Shown in pieces: positions 51,955 through 63,686 of a DNA stretch of 64,000 bases. The notes under the pieces are model-generated. The model was not told the origin of the DNA. It searched no databases and worked only from the letters and a program-made list of their open reading frames with translations. Each line of letters opens with the position of its first letter. Position 1 is the first letter of the stretch. A program made the translations under genes and the position numbers. The DNA comes from Atractiella rhizophila (taxonomy: Eukaryota), in NCBI GenBank assembly GCA_021432655.1, contig MU271363.1, positions 3,757 through 67,756 on the forward strand, given 5' to 3'.

Positions 51955-52986
51955 GGTTATGAGCCCAAACCCTCGAATCTGAGGCATCTCTGTTTCAGGT
52001 GGCAAAATCGATTTTTTTTCTTGATCGGACGACGTATCTTCTGGAGTCCGGAGCGACTATAAATCTCGTACATCTCATCTATTCGTTACATGTCACGTAG
52101 GACACGACTCAGGAGCAACCAAGATCACCTTCAACCTCCTCCATCTCTTCCGGCGTCTTGGAGTCCTTTCAAGGTCTCAACATCGAAGAACCAAGCATTC
52201 CCACGCCATCTACGGCTGATCCGCTCAGCTCACCACCTTCTTTCTTCACACGTGACAACTCTTTCTATCTTCCCATCGAAATTGACGACGAAGTGCCCAT
52301 CATGTCTCCAGACAATATCAAGATTTCGGAGAAACTCACTCGGGCGAATTGGTCGTCATGGTCAGAAGAGGCGAAAGAATGCTTGAAGACGATGCTTTGG
52401 GGATATATTGCGGAGAATGCCAAAGGGGAAGTCCTAATGGCGCGACCGGTTAGGGAGCTTTACGAGGTGGCTGGACCGTCTCAGGCTATTCTTTTCAGCA
52501 AAGAGAATTCCGCCTGGCTGAAAGGGGATTGGGCTGCCAGTGCGTTCTTAAAGGCTTCGGTTGACGATGCTTTGAAAGAAGTTACTTCGCGAAGTCCTCT
52601 ACGTCCCTGCCATTCGGACCCCTCTCCTGTCTGTTTCTCAGATCGTTAAAGACGGGGATCATGAGGTTTTGTTTACTGCAAAAGGTCTCTACGTCCGTGT
52701 TTCTGTTACTGGTGCTACCGTTGCCACCGCTTCTCTCCGCCATGTTGTCTATTGGATTGACGGTGATCCTATCCCTGCCCCTTCGTTCAGCTCTCCCCCA
52801 AGTGCGATTGCGAACTCAGCTGTGTCTTTGGACGTTTGGCACCGCCGCCTTGGTCATCCTGGAAAGGACAGGCTAGAGAGACTTTGAAGGAGGATCTGGT
52901 GACTGCTTTTGATGTTGTTGGCCCCAAAAAGGTTGATCTTAAGTTAGAGGATTGTGAGGCTTGTATCATGGGCAAGCTGACGAGGG

Positions 52987-53044
52987 GGTCCTTCCCTCAG
53001 AAGTCTGGTCCTTCCCTCAGAAGTCTGGTCCTTCCCTCAGAAGT
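52987..53044 (+). repeat. 20-bp tandem repeat x2.9 (GGTCCTTCCCTCAGAAGTCT) inside the Copia integrase
   Basis: Read directly; the 40 extra bases shift the frame between the Zn-binding motif and the catalytic core. Confidence 0.9.
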
Positions 53045-56000
53045 TTTCTGCTTTAGAGTATCTTCCTGGCGAGTGTATTTCTACTGATCTCTGTGGTCCT
53101 ATGGAAGTCCCATCTTTGGGCGGTTCTCTGTACATGGTGACGCACGTTGATTATGGTTCACGCACTTTTCACGTTGAGTTCTACTCTGGCAAGCTGGCAT
53201 CTGAGATCATTTCTTCCTTTAAGTCGTTCAAATCGTGGATCGAACTCAACTCTGGTCGCCGCATCATTCGCTGGAAGGTTGATGGAGGTGGAGAATTCAT
53301 GAACGGGCTGCTCAGTCATTGGATGTTGGATGCAGGGATCAACAAGACTCCTACCACACCCTAATGCTCTCCTGAGAATGGGGTTGCGGAACGTGCTCAT
53401 CGCACGATTGTCACCTCTGCAGTATGTATGCTTCACCACGCAGGTCTTGACAAGAAATTCTGGTCCTACGCTTGCGCATATGCAGCTCATTTGCACAATC
53501 GCCTTCCTTCCAAACCGCTCGATGGTCGTACTCCTCTGGAGGTCTCCACAGGTCGCAAGCCTCCGGTTGATCACTGTCGCGTTTTCGGTTGCACAGCTTA
53601 TGCGAAGATACTACATCAGTCTGGAAAGTTCTCAGGTCGTGCCCACGAAGGTGTATATCTGGGCCCCGACGTTCAACACAAGTCTCACTTTATTTTCGTT
53701 CCTCAGTTGCAGCGTGTTTTGCGTGCCCGTTATGTTCTATTCCGTGAAGATCACTTTGCAGGACGGGTACCTGGCGACACTCTGCTTTCCTCAAATTTTG
53801 TTCCTAACTTCGATCTCTCTCATACATTTCCGCAATCTCTTCCGGAAGAGCCCTCCTTCCCTGATTCGACTGCCCCGGTTGCAACGGACATATCGCCACC
53901 GCCTATTCTCGTACCCCCTACAGGTGGTTCTGGTTTGGTGGGAGCAGTTCTACACCATTGACGGGTGGCTTGTATGCTCATGGGGATGGTTACTCGGAAG
54001 GGGTGTTCAGTGCATGATGGTGGATGTAAGACCCACCCAAACGATGAGTTCTAGCTCTCCTGTTCATGTGCGGCATGCTGATACTTCCTCTCTCGTTGCT
54101 CCTGTGCCAGTCCACACTTCGAGAAATGGCCGTACCATCAGGCCTAATCCACGGTATTTCAACGATAATTATGTTGTCGATGCTATCCCGTCGACATCAC
54201 TGGCCAACTCTGCGGTTGAGGTTGTTGACCTACCCTCTGGTATTGCTTATTTCGCCTCTGCTTTGGCCACTCCTGCGGCTCCATCCTCGTCGTATGCGTT
54301 TAGTCTGCAACACCATCTTGACTCTGGATGGACTGATATTCCTGATGATCTTGCTTACCTTCTCTCCTCCAATGCCGCACCATCTTCTCCTCCTAGATCT
54401 TGGAAGGAGGCCATGTTTGGCCCGCACAAGTAACACTTGCGTGCTCAGATGGAGAAGGAATGGACCCATGGCATGGTCAGCCAAGGGGTTGTTGGAGAAC
54501 TTATGCCGAAGCCTGATGGGGGTCAAGGCCATAGGTTGGCAATGGGTCTTCACCATTAAGGATCATTTACGAGGGACTGGAGAAGAGTTTAAGGCCTGTC
54601 TTTGTGTACATGGCGATCAGCAGCCTTCTTCACCAACGAATGCCTCCAATTACTCCCCTGTTACCAACTGGAACACCACTCGGGCGGCTTAGCCTATGCT
54701 GCCAGGGAGAACCTTCATGGTCACCAAGCTGATTATTCACAGGCCTTCCTTAACTCCCCCCTTGACGATCTCACGGTTTTCGTCAAGCAGCCTCCGGGGT
54801 TCGTCGTTGAAGGCCGGGAGGACTGGGTTTATCTGCTCAAGAAAGGTGTCTATGGACTGGCCCAGGCTTCTCGTTTATGGTATAAGACACTGAAGACGGA
54901 CCTACTTTCCAAAGGCTGGCAGGAAGGTCTGATTCCTGTGTCTTCATCAAGGTCATTGATGGGGTTTCTTATATCCTAGTTGTCTATGTTGACGACACAC
55001 TCACGGTTGGACCGGTCGAATCTGCAGTCATTGCCTTGCAGCGGGATCTTGCTTCCACTTTTCACATGCGCCTACTTGGTCCGGCAAAGAACTTCTTGGG
55101 GACGCTGATTGAACGGGATTGGTCTAAAGGCACATTGTCTATCTCACAATCCTCATTCATCGTCGACACCATTCGTCATTTTGGCTATGACCAGTTGCCT
55201 TCCGCCCGCACCCCTGTGGATATCAATGAACGCCTGGAGCCTTTCGATGGCCCGTAGTCTGAGGAGGATCTTCGCTCGAAACCATCCTGGTCCTTTAACT
55301 CCGTTATCGGTTGCTTAGGTTGGCTTGCCACTGCCACACGCCCCGTCATTTCCTTTGCGCTCTCAAATATTTCTCGATTTCAATCGAATCCTGGTCCCAC
55401 CCACTTTCGTGCTGCTGACCGCATTCTATGCTATCTCAAAGGCACTCCTACTCATGGCATAGTCTACGACCGCCCCAATCGACAACCTCTATCCTTCTAC
55501 TCCGACGTCTCCTTCGCAACACTCCTTCCCAACCTTCGGTCTCAGACGGGTGTTGTTGCCATGTTAGCAGGTGGGCCAATCTCTTGGGTGTCTCAAGCTC
55601 AGAAACTTGTGGCTGGTTCATCGGGGGAGGCGGAATACAGCGCTGCTCATGTTGCGGTTAAACAAGCCATTTGGACATGTGGTTTCCATCAAGAATTAGG
55701 CGCTCTCAACCTGGTCCACAATGTGGATCCTTCTGCCCCTGCTCCGCCGACTACTATCTTTGAAGATAACCAGGCGACCATTGCAATCTCTCAAGACGGC
55801 TCTCACCAAGCGCAATCGAAGCACTTTCTGCTACACTACTACATCATTCAGGATCGGGTCAATCATCATGAAGTTGTATTGCGTTACATTAGTACACGTT
55901 CCCAGATTGCGGACTGTCTCACCAAGGCCGTCTCCTACGTTCCTCTGCAAAAGGCTATGGACGCTCTGGGAATTCGCATGATAGGGTCGAAGTTTCTGTG

Positions 56001-56124
56001 GTCTGGAGGATCTTGATTTGTCTTATTCCATTTGTTTACCCTTGCATTATTTTGGTACTATTCTTTTGGTTTCCTTTCGTTGTCATGTCTTGCATATGAG
56101 CTCTCACCGTCGTTGCGGTGGGAG

Positions 56125-56392
56125 TGTTGGATTATGACCTTTCACAGGGCTTTCCCAGCTGGTGGTTGTTGGGCTCTTCACTTCGTTCTAGTTATGTCTT
56201 AAATCTCATATCCTCCCACACTTAGCCAACGCCGTCCGCTCATATATACCTCCTCTTTGTTCACTGGATTCCCCATCGTCTTCCACCATCGTGAACGATT
56301 GGGGAATCCAGGTCTGTCTCCTCCTACATAGTGTTTTGCATTGCTGATCATCTTCCACCATCGTGAACGATTGGGGAATCCAGATTCTATCA
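56125..56392 (+). repeat. 3' LTR, 268 bp
   Basis: Direct repeat of 51687-51954; preceded by purine-rich GCGGTGGGAG. Confidence 0.95.
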
Positions 56393-56659
56393 GTTCTGAC
56401 GCTTCTTAGATTTACTCGATGAATACGGACGGGGAAGCAATTGATTTGTTCGCTAGGGGCCTCTTAGACTGCTGAGCCGCCCATCACACCTCGCTTCAAG
56501 TGCAGAGAGGCAATTCGCACTTTCATGGTAATACAGTCTCGCCACCTCTCTTCTCTTCTGCCTTGATATCACGAAGTTGAAACGTGGCGATGATGCGCTC
56601 TAGAATGGCAAGGGACAGGATGGGGAGGGAGATCAACTGTCGGATACGTCAATGACTGA
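56393..56659 (+). pseudogene. Polyol dehydrogenase pseudogene, terminal exons downstream of the Copia insertion
   Basis: The sequence resumes with GTTCTGACGCTTCTTAG, as in the uninterrupted copies at ~7460 and ~27745. Contains AIDLFARG...PITPRFK. Confidence 0.8.
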
Positions 56660-57461
56660 ATCTTGCACCTACGTGCATGCAACTTTTGGGACCATTAAGG
56701 AAATGAAGGACAAAAAGATGGGATTTGTACTACAACAAAGGATTCAAGGCATGGTGCCTTTGTTATACCATATCTTCATTCTTCGATGACAGCTCCTTCT
56801 GTTCTCTTAAGCAGTCCATCGTCAAATGCACAAGTCGTTGTTAACTGTAAGAACAGCTCAAGCAAGACTTCAAGGGTGAATCAGTTTGTTTACATTTAGG
56901 CAGAAGTTGATGTCTTCGACACTTTACAGGGAATCAGAAGAATTGTTTGTATGAGACAACACATCTGTAATACAGACAGAGAGCATCCACCTCACAAACC
57001 CAACCTCCTCATGCCCTGAAGGTTCCTCAAGGAATGAAAACTACAATTGTACTCCTTCCCATCCATCATCATGATTTCCCATATTCCTCATTTCCTGATC
57101 GCCCAAGAACCAGCAGATAAACTCTGGGAAACTGCATACTCCATGCAGTACAAAATAGCTATGTCTTTTACCCCATTATGTTTTAATTGTATTCTAATAG
57201 TGCACATGGGAAGATTTGTTAGGGATGGGGTTCCAAGATGGCTCATGACCATGAAGCATGAGGTGTCAAGTACAAGGGAGGTGAGCTTTGTAAGGTGCAG
57301 TTATTGAAGAGTGGAGGTATGGATGGAGGGGTGACATTGTGGCAAACAGAGTCAAGCCCTGTTCCCAGTCACCAATTTGAATGTGTTAGATGGAGAGGTA
57401 TACAAACTGTGAACCTTCTTATTGTGTCTAGAACACAAGTCAAATCTGAGAATCTCCCGCA

Positions 57462-59347
57462 TCACCACTCCCCACTCTCCCGAACCCACGCATCTTCATC
57501 CGCCTCACTCACACCAAACTCTCTCAACGTGCTCCTAGCTTTGCATATCTCTTCCTCAAGCCACCCTCCAAAGAATAGCTGAACACGCAACTCGTGTCCT
57601 CTTGTCGTCTTCATATTTTCAGCTTCATCCACCACATCCCCCTCCTCCTTCACCCTCCTGTCCCCAAAGAACCAGTAGATGAAGTCTGAGAATACGAACC
57701 CAGTGAATTCCCAGTCCACCACACAGTACCAAACATCTATGAAATTTATCTCTTCGGCATTTCTGAGGGTGTGGAAGAGCTGGCTGGAAACGAGGTTTGA
57801 AGTTTCCTCACCACCATCGAGGTAGAGTCTGGTGAGATATTTGAGGTGTGACAAGTCGAGTGGAGTTGTTAGGATGGAGATCTTTCCATCAGGCCAGTAT
57901 GAGGTGAGCTCAATCTCAAGATGTTCAAGGAGAGGCGGCAGACAGGTGCCTGAGACAGAAGGAGGCAGGGGACACAGGTTGGAGAGAATCAGCCGTATAA
58001 GGGAGAGTGGGAGAGAGAGCGATGGGAGAGGTGGGTATGTGTGAAGCACTAGACGTTTGAGGTTAGGCGACAATTGAAGGCCTGGCGATGTTGACGAAGC
58101 AGAGTCCTCCACGTTTTCAGCACGGAACTTGGTGATCCTATCGTCCATCCTCCACATAAATTTCTCGACCTCATCCTTCTTCCACTTTCTCAAACTTCGC
58201 CCTCCAAAGGCTACAGAATCCAACTTCACCAAGCCTTTAATCGCACGCAAAACAATCTTTGCCTCCTCTTTATTCCAAAATGCATCCATTTCCACCTCCA
58301 TAACATTCGGCGAGCCAGCGATGACGTCTTTCGCCATCTTGACGCTGATGTCATTGTCAAACCTTCTTGCAAACTGGAGGGACGTCCACAAGCGCCCAGC
58401 ATTAGGATAAGCTTTCAAACGAGCATGCCTCTCCTTCATAGAAGCAAACAAATCATCCAAATATGCGACTGAAACAGCCTTCCAGACCTGACAGACAGCA
58501 GAAAGTCGCTGGAAGGAAACAAGATATTCTTTATCAAGACCTTTGATGGGACTTTTGTATTTATCGAATGATAAGAACTCGAAGATGAGAGAGAGGATCT
58601 CGATGGGTAGCTGTGCGATAGGGCGTGGACTAATACCTGGAGTTCGAGTCGGACAGCATGACATTTGGATGGTTGTCCCCAGACCTGTGGATGGGATGCT
58701 TGATTCCTCCCATTCACTGAGAGGAACGAAACACTCTTCCTCCTTGTAGTATACAGCAATAGGTTCGAAGAGGGCCTCAGAGTGATTATCTGGAAGATGA
58801 AAAATGTATGTGAAGGGCTTCATGTCCAGGTGGTCCAAATCCACTGATGCATGATGTTTGGTATCCCTGAAAGTTACCTTAATACTTTCTTCCTCCAAAG
58901 TGATGCAAAGATTGACTCTGCCGTCAGTCTCGACTGCATTTTCTAGATCTTCCACAGAGAAGTAGGATGATTTCGACGGCCCATATTCGAACCTCCAGAA
59001 TCGAATAGGTAAGACAAATGTGATCCGGAGCTTTCGAATTGATGAAGGTAGGTGAGCAAGAAAAGAGGGAAGAATGGAGAGATGGATCGGACTGCCATGT
59101 TGTAATGTTCCTGGGGTGAGGAGATGGAGCAGTGCGATAGACTCTTTCCCCTGACCGTCCTTGCATAAAATCGATGATTTTCTTTTTTTCACTCTGGGAG
59201 ATAACACGATGTACTAATGCCCACGAACACACATTAAACAAGACAAGAGCGGAACAGATAAGGTCATGCCTGCATCGCATCTGTGCATTGTTCAACTCGA
59301 ACCACCTCAACATTCTCTGGGGAATGATCAGGCCGATCAGGCATCAT
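57462..59347 (-). CDS. F-box/LRR-like protein, copy 9. Intron 59214-59269, exon 1 59270-59347
   Basis: 581-aa ORF that the track starts at GTG; exon 1 supplies ATG. F-box IAQLPIEILSLIFEFL...LSAVCQVWKAV. Confidence 0.9.
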
Positions 59348-59499
59348 CGTGAGGATGGAAATCGCAAAGCCGTTCGTGGGAGTCGATGTTTAGGCGGCCG
59401 TTTGGGACAGATGAGGATGGAGTTGGGTGGAAGTGGGCGGCCGGACGTTGAAGGCTTTAGTTCTCTCGCAGTTAACTACCAGATAGTGCCACGGGAAAT

Positions 59500-59605
59500 C
59501 CCAAAATATGTGAAAGAACTGAAATCCTTTGCAATACTAGTACCTAAATTACCCTGCAAATCAAACGAGAGCTAGTGTAGAACACTCTGATATTAATGCT
59601 TCGTT
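59500..59605 (-). promoter_or_regulatory. Conserved AT-rich block upstream of the F-box genes (putative promoter/5' UTR). Also at about 1545-1650, 10570-10672, 17560-17662, 35780-35885, 37781-37886 and, inverted, 47310-47415
   Basis: AAAGAACTGAAATCCTTTGCAATACTAGTACCTAAATTACACTGCAATTCAAACGAGAGC recurs ~150-300 bp upstream of exon 1 and appears by eye better conserved than the flanking spacer. Confidence 0.5.
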
Positions 59606-62067
59606 CCGTAATGATCTGATTGTGAGAGGGAAGGCTAGATGTGGCTGGGATATTTAGGGAGGGCAGTTAGCAATCAGGATGACAGAGGAGGCAGAGGAAG
59701 CCACGTGCGAGAAGATAGATGACACTTGAGTGAGTAGCGCCAGACAAGAGGGATGGAGGGCAGAGGCTTAGGAGCACCAGAGCGGCCGACCTAGCCGTCC
59801 TCTTGGTCCCTGATCCAACACTGTTACCGGGGCCTTCTTTCTCCATCGGTCATTTCATTGTTGACCTCGATGTGACGAAGCAAGCATCGGTAGAAGGTGA
59901 TCCATGAAGTGCGAGTCGGAGTGCGACAGAAGTTGAAGAATGGGAAATAGGATGGAGGCGGCATGGAACAGAGAGGCATAGAACGGCGACGAGTGGGAGC
60001 AGAGGTGCGAAGGAAAGCGTGAGGTGTCCCTCTGACATCCTATGTTGATTATCCGCCTCCCGCCTCCCCCTTCGCTATCCGACTTCCGACCTTCAGTCCG
60101 CGTAGGACTTCCGAGCTTTCGCGGGCTTGGTGGAGGATGAGAGACGGTGGAGTGTGAGAGGAGGGTGGAGTAAGTGTAGCAGAAAATGGAGCGGCGGAGC
60201 AAGGGACCTAGTGGGGATGTCAGTTAGGACACTTGTAGCAGGGAGAGAGGAAGAAACGGAATACGCTGCCACCAGAACGGAATGCCCCAACGAGGCCAGA
60301 GCGTGAAAAGGCGGAGGCGTTGGGGGAAGGCGGGATGAAGGATGAACCGAGGCGGAGAGGGATGCGAGGTGGAGCGAGAGGGTAAGTGAGGCAAAAGGAG
60401 ATGGCGGATGGATAAGGAGCAGGAGAGCCGCTGAATGGTCATTCTCCCGTTCTTCTGTGATCACAAACCGAACTCGTTCCCTCTGTCCAAATTTTCGTCG
60501 TTTGATATGCCCGTCGCTCTCTGGGTCCATTTAGATTACCAATATGCGAGAGAAGATAGAAGAGCGATGGTGGAGTAGGAATGCGTTGCCTATGCAATGT
60601 GGACAGCGAGGAAATAGGCTCGTGGGCGAAAGATGGCGGCACGACTGGGGGATGGGCGAATGGGTGGGCCGCGACGTCTTTCTGTCCTCTTTTTTACCCC
60701 ATCTGTGCCACAATCAAGTTCTCTGGCCATCACAAGTCACCACTACGCGTCGTGGTTGATTTCGAATGTCTAGGACGAAACAAAGTTGGCTACAGGTGAG
60801 GGACGGCGGAAACTAGTTTGAGTGATGTTGGAGAGCGAAGTGAAACGAGAGGCAACAGTGGGTTAGAGAAACCATCCCATGCCCTCCCATGTCCATCGCA
60901 ATACCCGACCTGCTGTGTCACTTCCGTCCTCTGCTTTCGCAATCCGACTTTCAACTTGGCCTCGGCGTTCATTTCAGAGGGCATAGAAGTTCCTGGAGGA
61001 ACGAAGGATGATGGGCGGCGAGAGGAGCACGCAGGTGAGGAGGAGAGAGAGACGCCGCGAGAGAACCAACGCGAGGGGGTTACGGGAAAGCGGGATAGGT
61101 CGCAACGGAGTATTGAGACTGGTGCAGGATGGCGCTCACTGGGTGCCCGCGTCTCCTTTTGCGTCCCACGGTTCCCTCGCATTGCTCTCTTGCTTCGTAG
61201 CCTCAGCAGTGAAGGTAAGTAGGGACGTTGGGAGTATCAAGCAGGGCTGAGGCGTGAAAGGGCTGCAGGAGGGAGACCGGTGGGGAGTGCACATGGGTGA
61301 GTAGGCGGTGAGCCTAATTCCTATGTCAGTAACCGCGATTGCAGAAACAGGAGAAGGGGAGGGGACGGTCATCTCTTTCTTTAGTAACTCTTTGTACTAT
61401 ATAGGGCTTTTAACCCTCCTTTGATCCAACCATGGGCCCTGTTTCCCACTCTTTTTCGCTCCTTCTTGCCGTACACTTCCCGTCGATTACCTGCTGCTCA
61501 CACACTCTTTCGCTGGTTAGCAGCCCGGGCACTTCCTTCTCAGTCAGTGACGTCCGTCATGGTGTCGTGTCGTGCGTGTCGTGCTTTGCTCTCCCTTTCC
61601 ATCTTTGTCATACTTCACCTTCCATGACAACCCATTCTGTTCACAATGCATCTTGATATCTTTCCCTTCCTTCCTCTCGCCGATTGTCCTTGCCCATTCA
61701 TCACTTGCTCACACCAGAGCTACCGAATAAGTCGGCCCCCGCGTGTGGGAACGGTACATGAGCAAAAGTGGGCGGTGGAGGATAGCTACGGCGAAAGAGG
61801 ATGTGGAGGATAGCGGAGCTGAAGGATGACGGAGTAGGCTGAAACAGGATAGGGACACCAAACCATCCAGAGCGAAGGAGACTGTGGACGGAATAGACGA
61901 CGCGATAGAGGTGAGGCAGAGAGGAGTGGGACTGCATGACATCTCAGAGCGGGAAGAGGGAAGAACGGCGGAGGGACGGCGGAAGACGTGAGGCACAGCG
62001 GTGTGAGATGTTCGTAGTTTCGGGGAGAAGGACTAACCGAAAACTTGTTCGCTTTCGCTCTCACAGA

Positions 62068-63686
62068 TCACATTCGCGACGCGGCGCGTTACCAATGCGC
62101 AAGATCTCACGAGACACCACTGGAGAATTCACGCAAGGGCGTCTGTGGTCCCGTCTTCCGCTAATGGCAAGATCGCAGGTATCATCGTCAAGAGATGCTA
62201 TCGTCTTGGGTCACGAACTGCCAGCGTAGTCGATGCTGGTACGTCTCCACGTCTCCTTCCCGCCTCTCATCCACTTGCTAAAGAAAATGAACATCGTCTG
62301 GCCCAAAGTCACACACCGCAAGAAGGGAGATCACGTCGCACTTGAGCCTGGAGAGAGAGAGAGGCTCTTATGACTGTTACGACTGCAAGGCAGGAAGGTA
62401 TGAGCTATGCCCTTCCATCAAGTTCGCTGCTAGCCCTCCTTTCGTCCGTCATTCCTCTTCCTTCCGTTCGCTCTGTGGCACATGTTTGGGTGCTAACTGC
62501 ATTGGACGGCAGGACGGAACCCTCCAAGGGTTCTACAACCTGAGGCGACTGTACGACCTCTCCCTCTCCTCTACTCCTCTTTCCGATTGCGACTTATCAC
62601 GTCTGTGCTGGAAGCGCCTGCAAACTTCAGGATGTGCGTCCGATTCCCTGTGCTCCATGGATTATCTATTGTACGAAACCCACTGGATGGAACATTTCCC
62701 TCAAAGAAGGATGGTCGGGTCGCTCTCTCTGGCTGCCCAAGCGTGGCACGTATCAGTAAATGAAAGCTGCATTAAACGTCGCCATCTGTGGGTTCGTTTC
62801 CCTCCCCCCACTACTACTCCTTTGTCTTGTTGAATAAAGAATAATAACGTTGTTGTGAAGAGCTCGTCCCTTTGGACTCTTCTCACACTCAGTCGCGAGA
62901 TGCTAGAAAGACATTCACTGTCGAAATCCAAGAGCGTAAGCTGTCTTTCGCGAACTGGTATGTAGGGTTGGAGACTTTTGATCGTCCGAAAGTGCGTCCG
63001 AATCTCACCTCTCGTATGCGTGTTCTGTCTTACCTTCCTTGTTTTCATGTGGCGGGTTCGTGATCGCGGTTTAGCGGAGGCGGGAGAGTAGAGGATTGGC
63101 TGTCGGAGGAGGTTCTCCATGATCGTGAAGGAGGAGTTCAGGGTTGCAGACAGGGGATTGGATGGTATCCACCTGGGCCGCAGACTTCATGGGGCTGAGG
63201 TCCGTTTCTCCATCACTCCCGTTCTGCACTTTTGGATATTGGTGTATCGATGCACGAATGAGAACAAGCGCGCACCCAGACCGCCCTCCATCTTGTCGAG
63301 GAAGGCAGAATGTGGCCCGGGCCGGAATGGGTACGAGTTCGTTCAAGCTCCCATCACCGTCATCCTCATGAAGGAAGGCTCCTTTCGCTCCTTCTGTTGC
63401 TTCTCCTTCTACTGCTTGCACGCATTTCCGAAGCTTCCGGGTTGGTTATTGATTTGCGTGATAGATAAGGGCCAAGAGAGTTGAGCCAGTGATTGATCTG
63501 GTTGCTAGGGCTCTTGTCGACTTGAAGTCGCTCGAAATACAGCGCTACAAGTTCAAAGATTACAACTCGCGCCTCGAAGACAATGCAGGCTCATCTCCCG
63601 TGTTCTCTTCCGCCTCGATGTCACAAAGTTGAAAATCTGGTGATGATGGTTCGCTCTATGGGACACGAAGGGACAGGATGTGGGGG
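62068..63686 (+). pseudogene. Polyol dehydrogenase pseudogene, near full length
   Basis: NGKIAGIIV, IVLGHE, PKVTHRKKGDHVALEPGE, CYDCKAGRYELCPSIKFAASPPF, DGTLQGFY, EEFRVADRGLDGI and YEFVQAPITVILMKE. Frameshifted. Confidence 0.85.

Larger units (their letters stand above)
51687..56392 (+). mobile_element. Ty1/Copia LTR retrotransposon with both LTRs and a defective internal region (4,706 bp)
   Basis: 268-bp TG...CA LTRs with 3 mismatches; PBS GGTTATGAGCCC at 51955-51966; 5-bp TSD GTTTT/GTTCT. Domains in Copia order: gag, WHRRLGH...CEAC, integrase (DLCGP, VDGGGEF, NGVAER), RT (AFLNS, LKKGVYGLAQASRLWY, YVDD), RNase H (EAEY, EDNQA, ADCLTK). Multiple stops and frameshifts. Confidence 0.96.

Noticed and set aside
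53330..54433. 367-aa ORF as an independent gene
   Set aside because: It is an off-frame read of the Copia integrase that runs into the integrase-RT linker frame.
59500..59545. Possible ~43-nt GT-AG intron in the conserved upstream block
   Set aside because: It is short, copy 9 lacks the AG acceptor, and copy 1 has a deletion that would make it implausibly small.
62068..63686. A functional xylitol/sorbitol dehydrogenase gene
   Set aside because: Every copy in the window has frameshifts, stops or broken splice sites.
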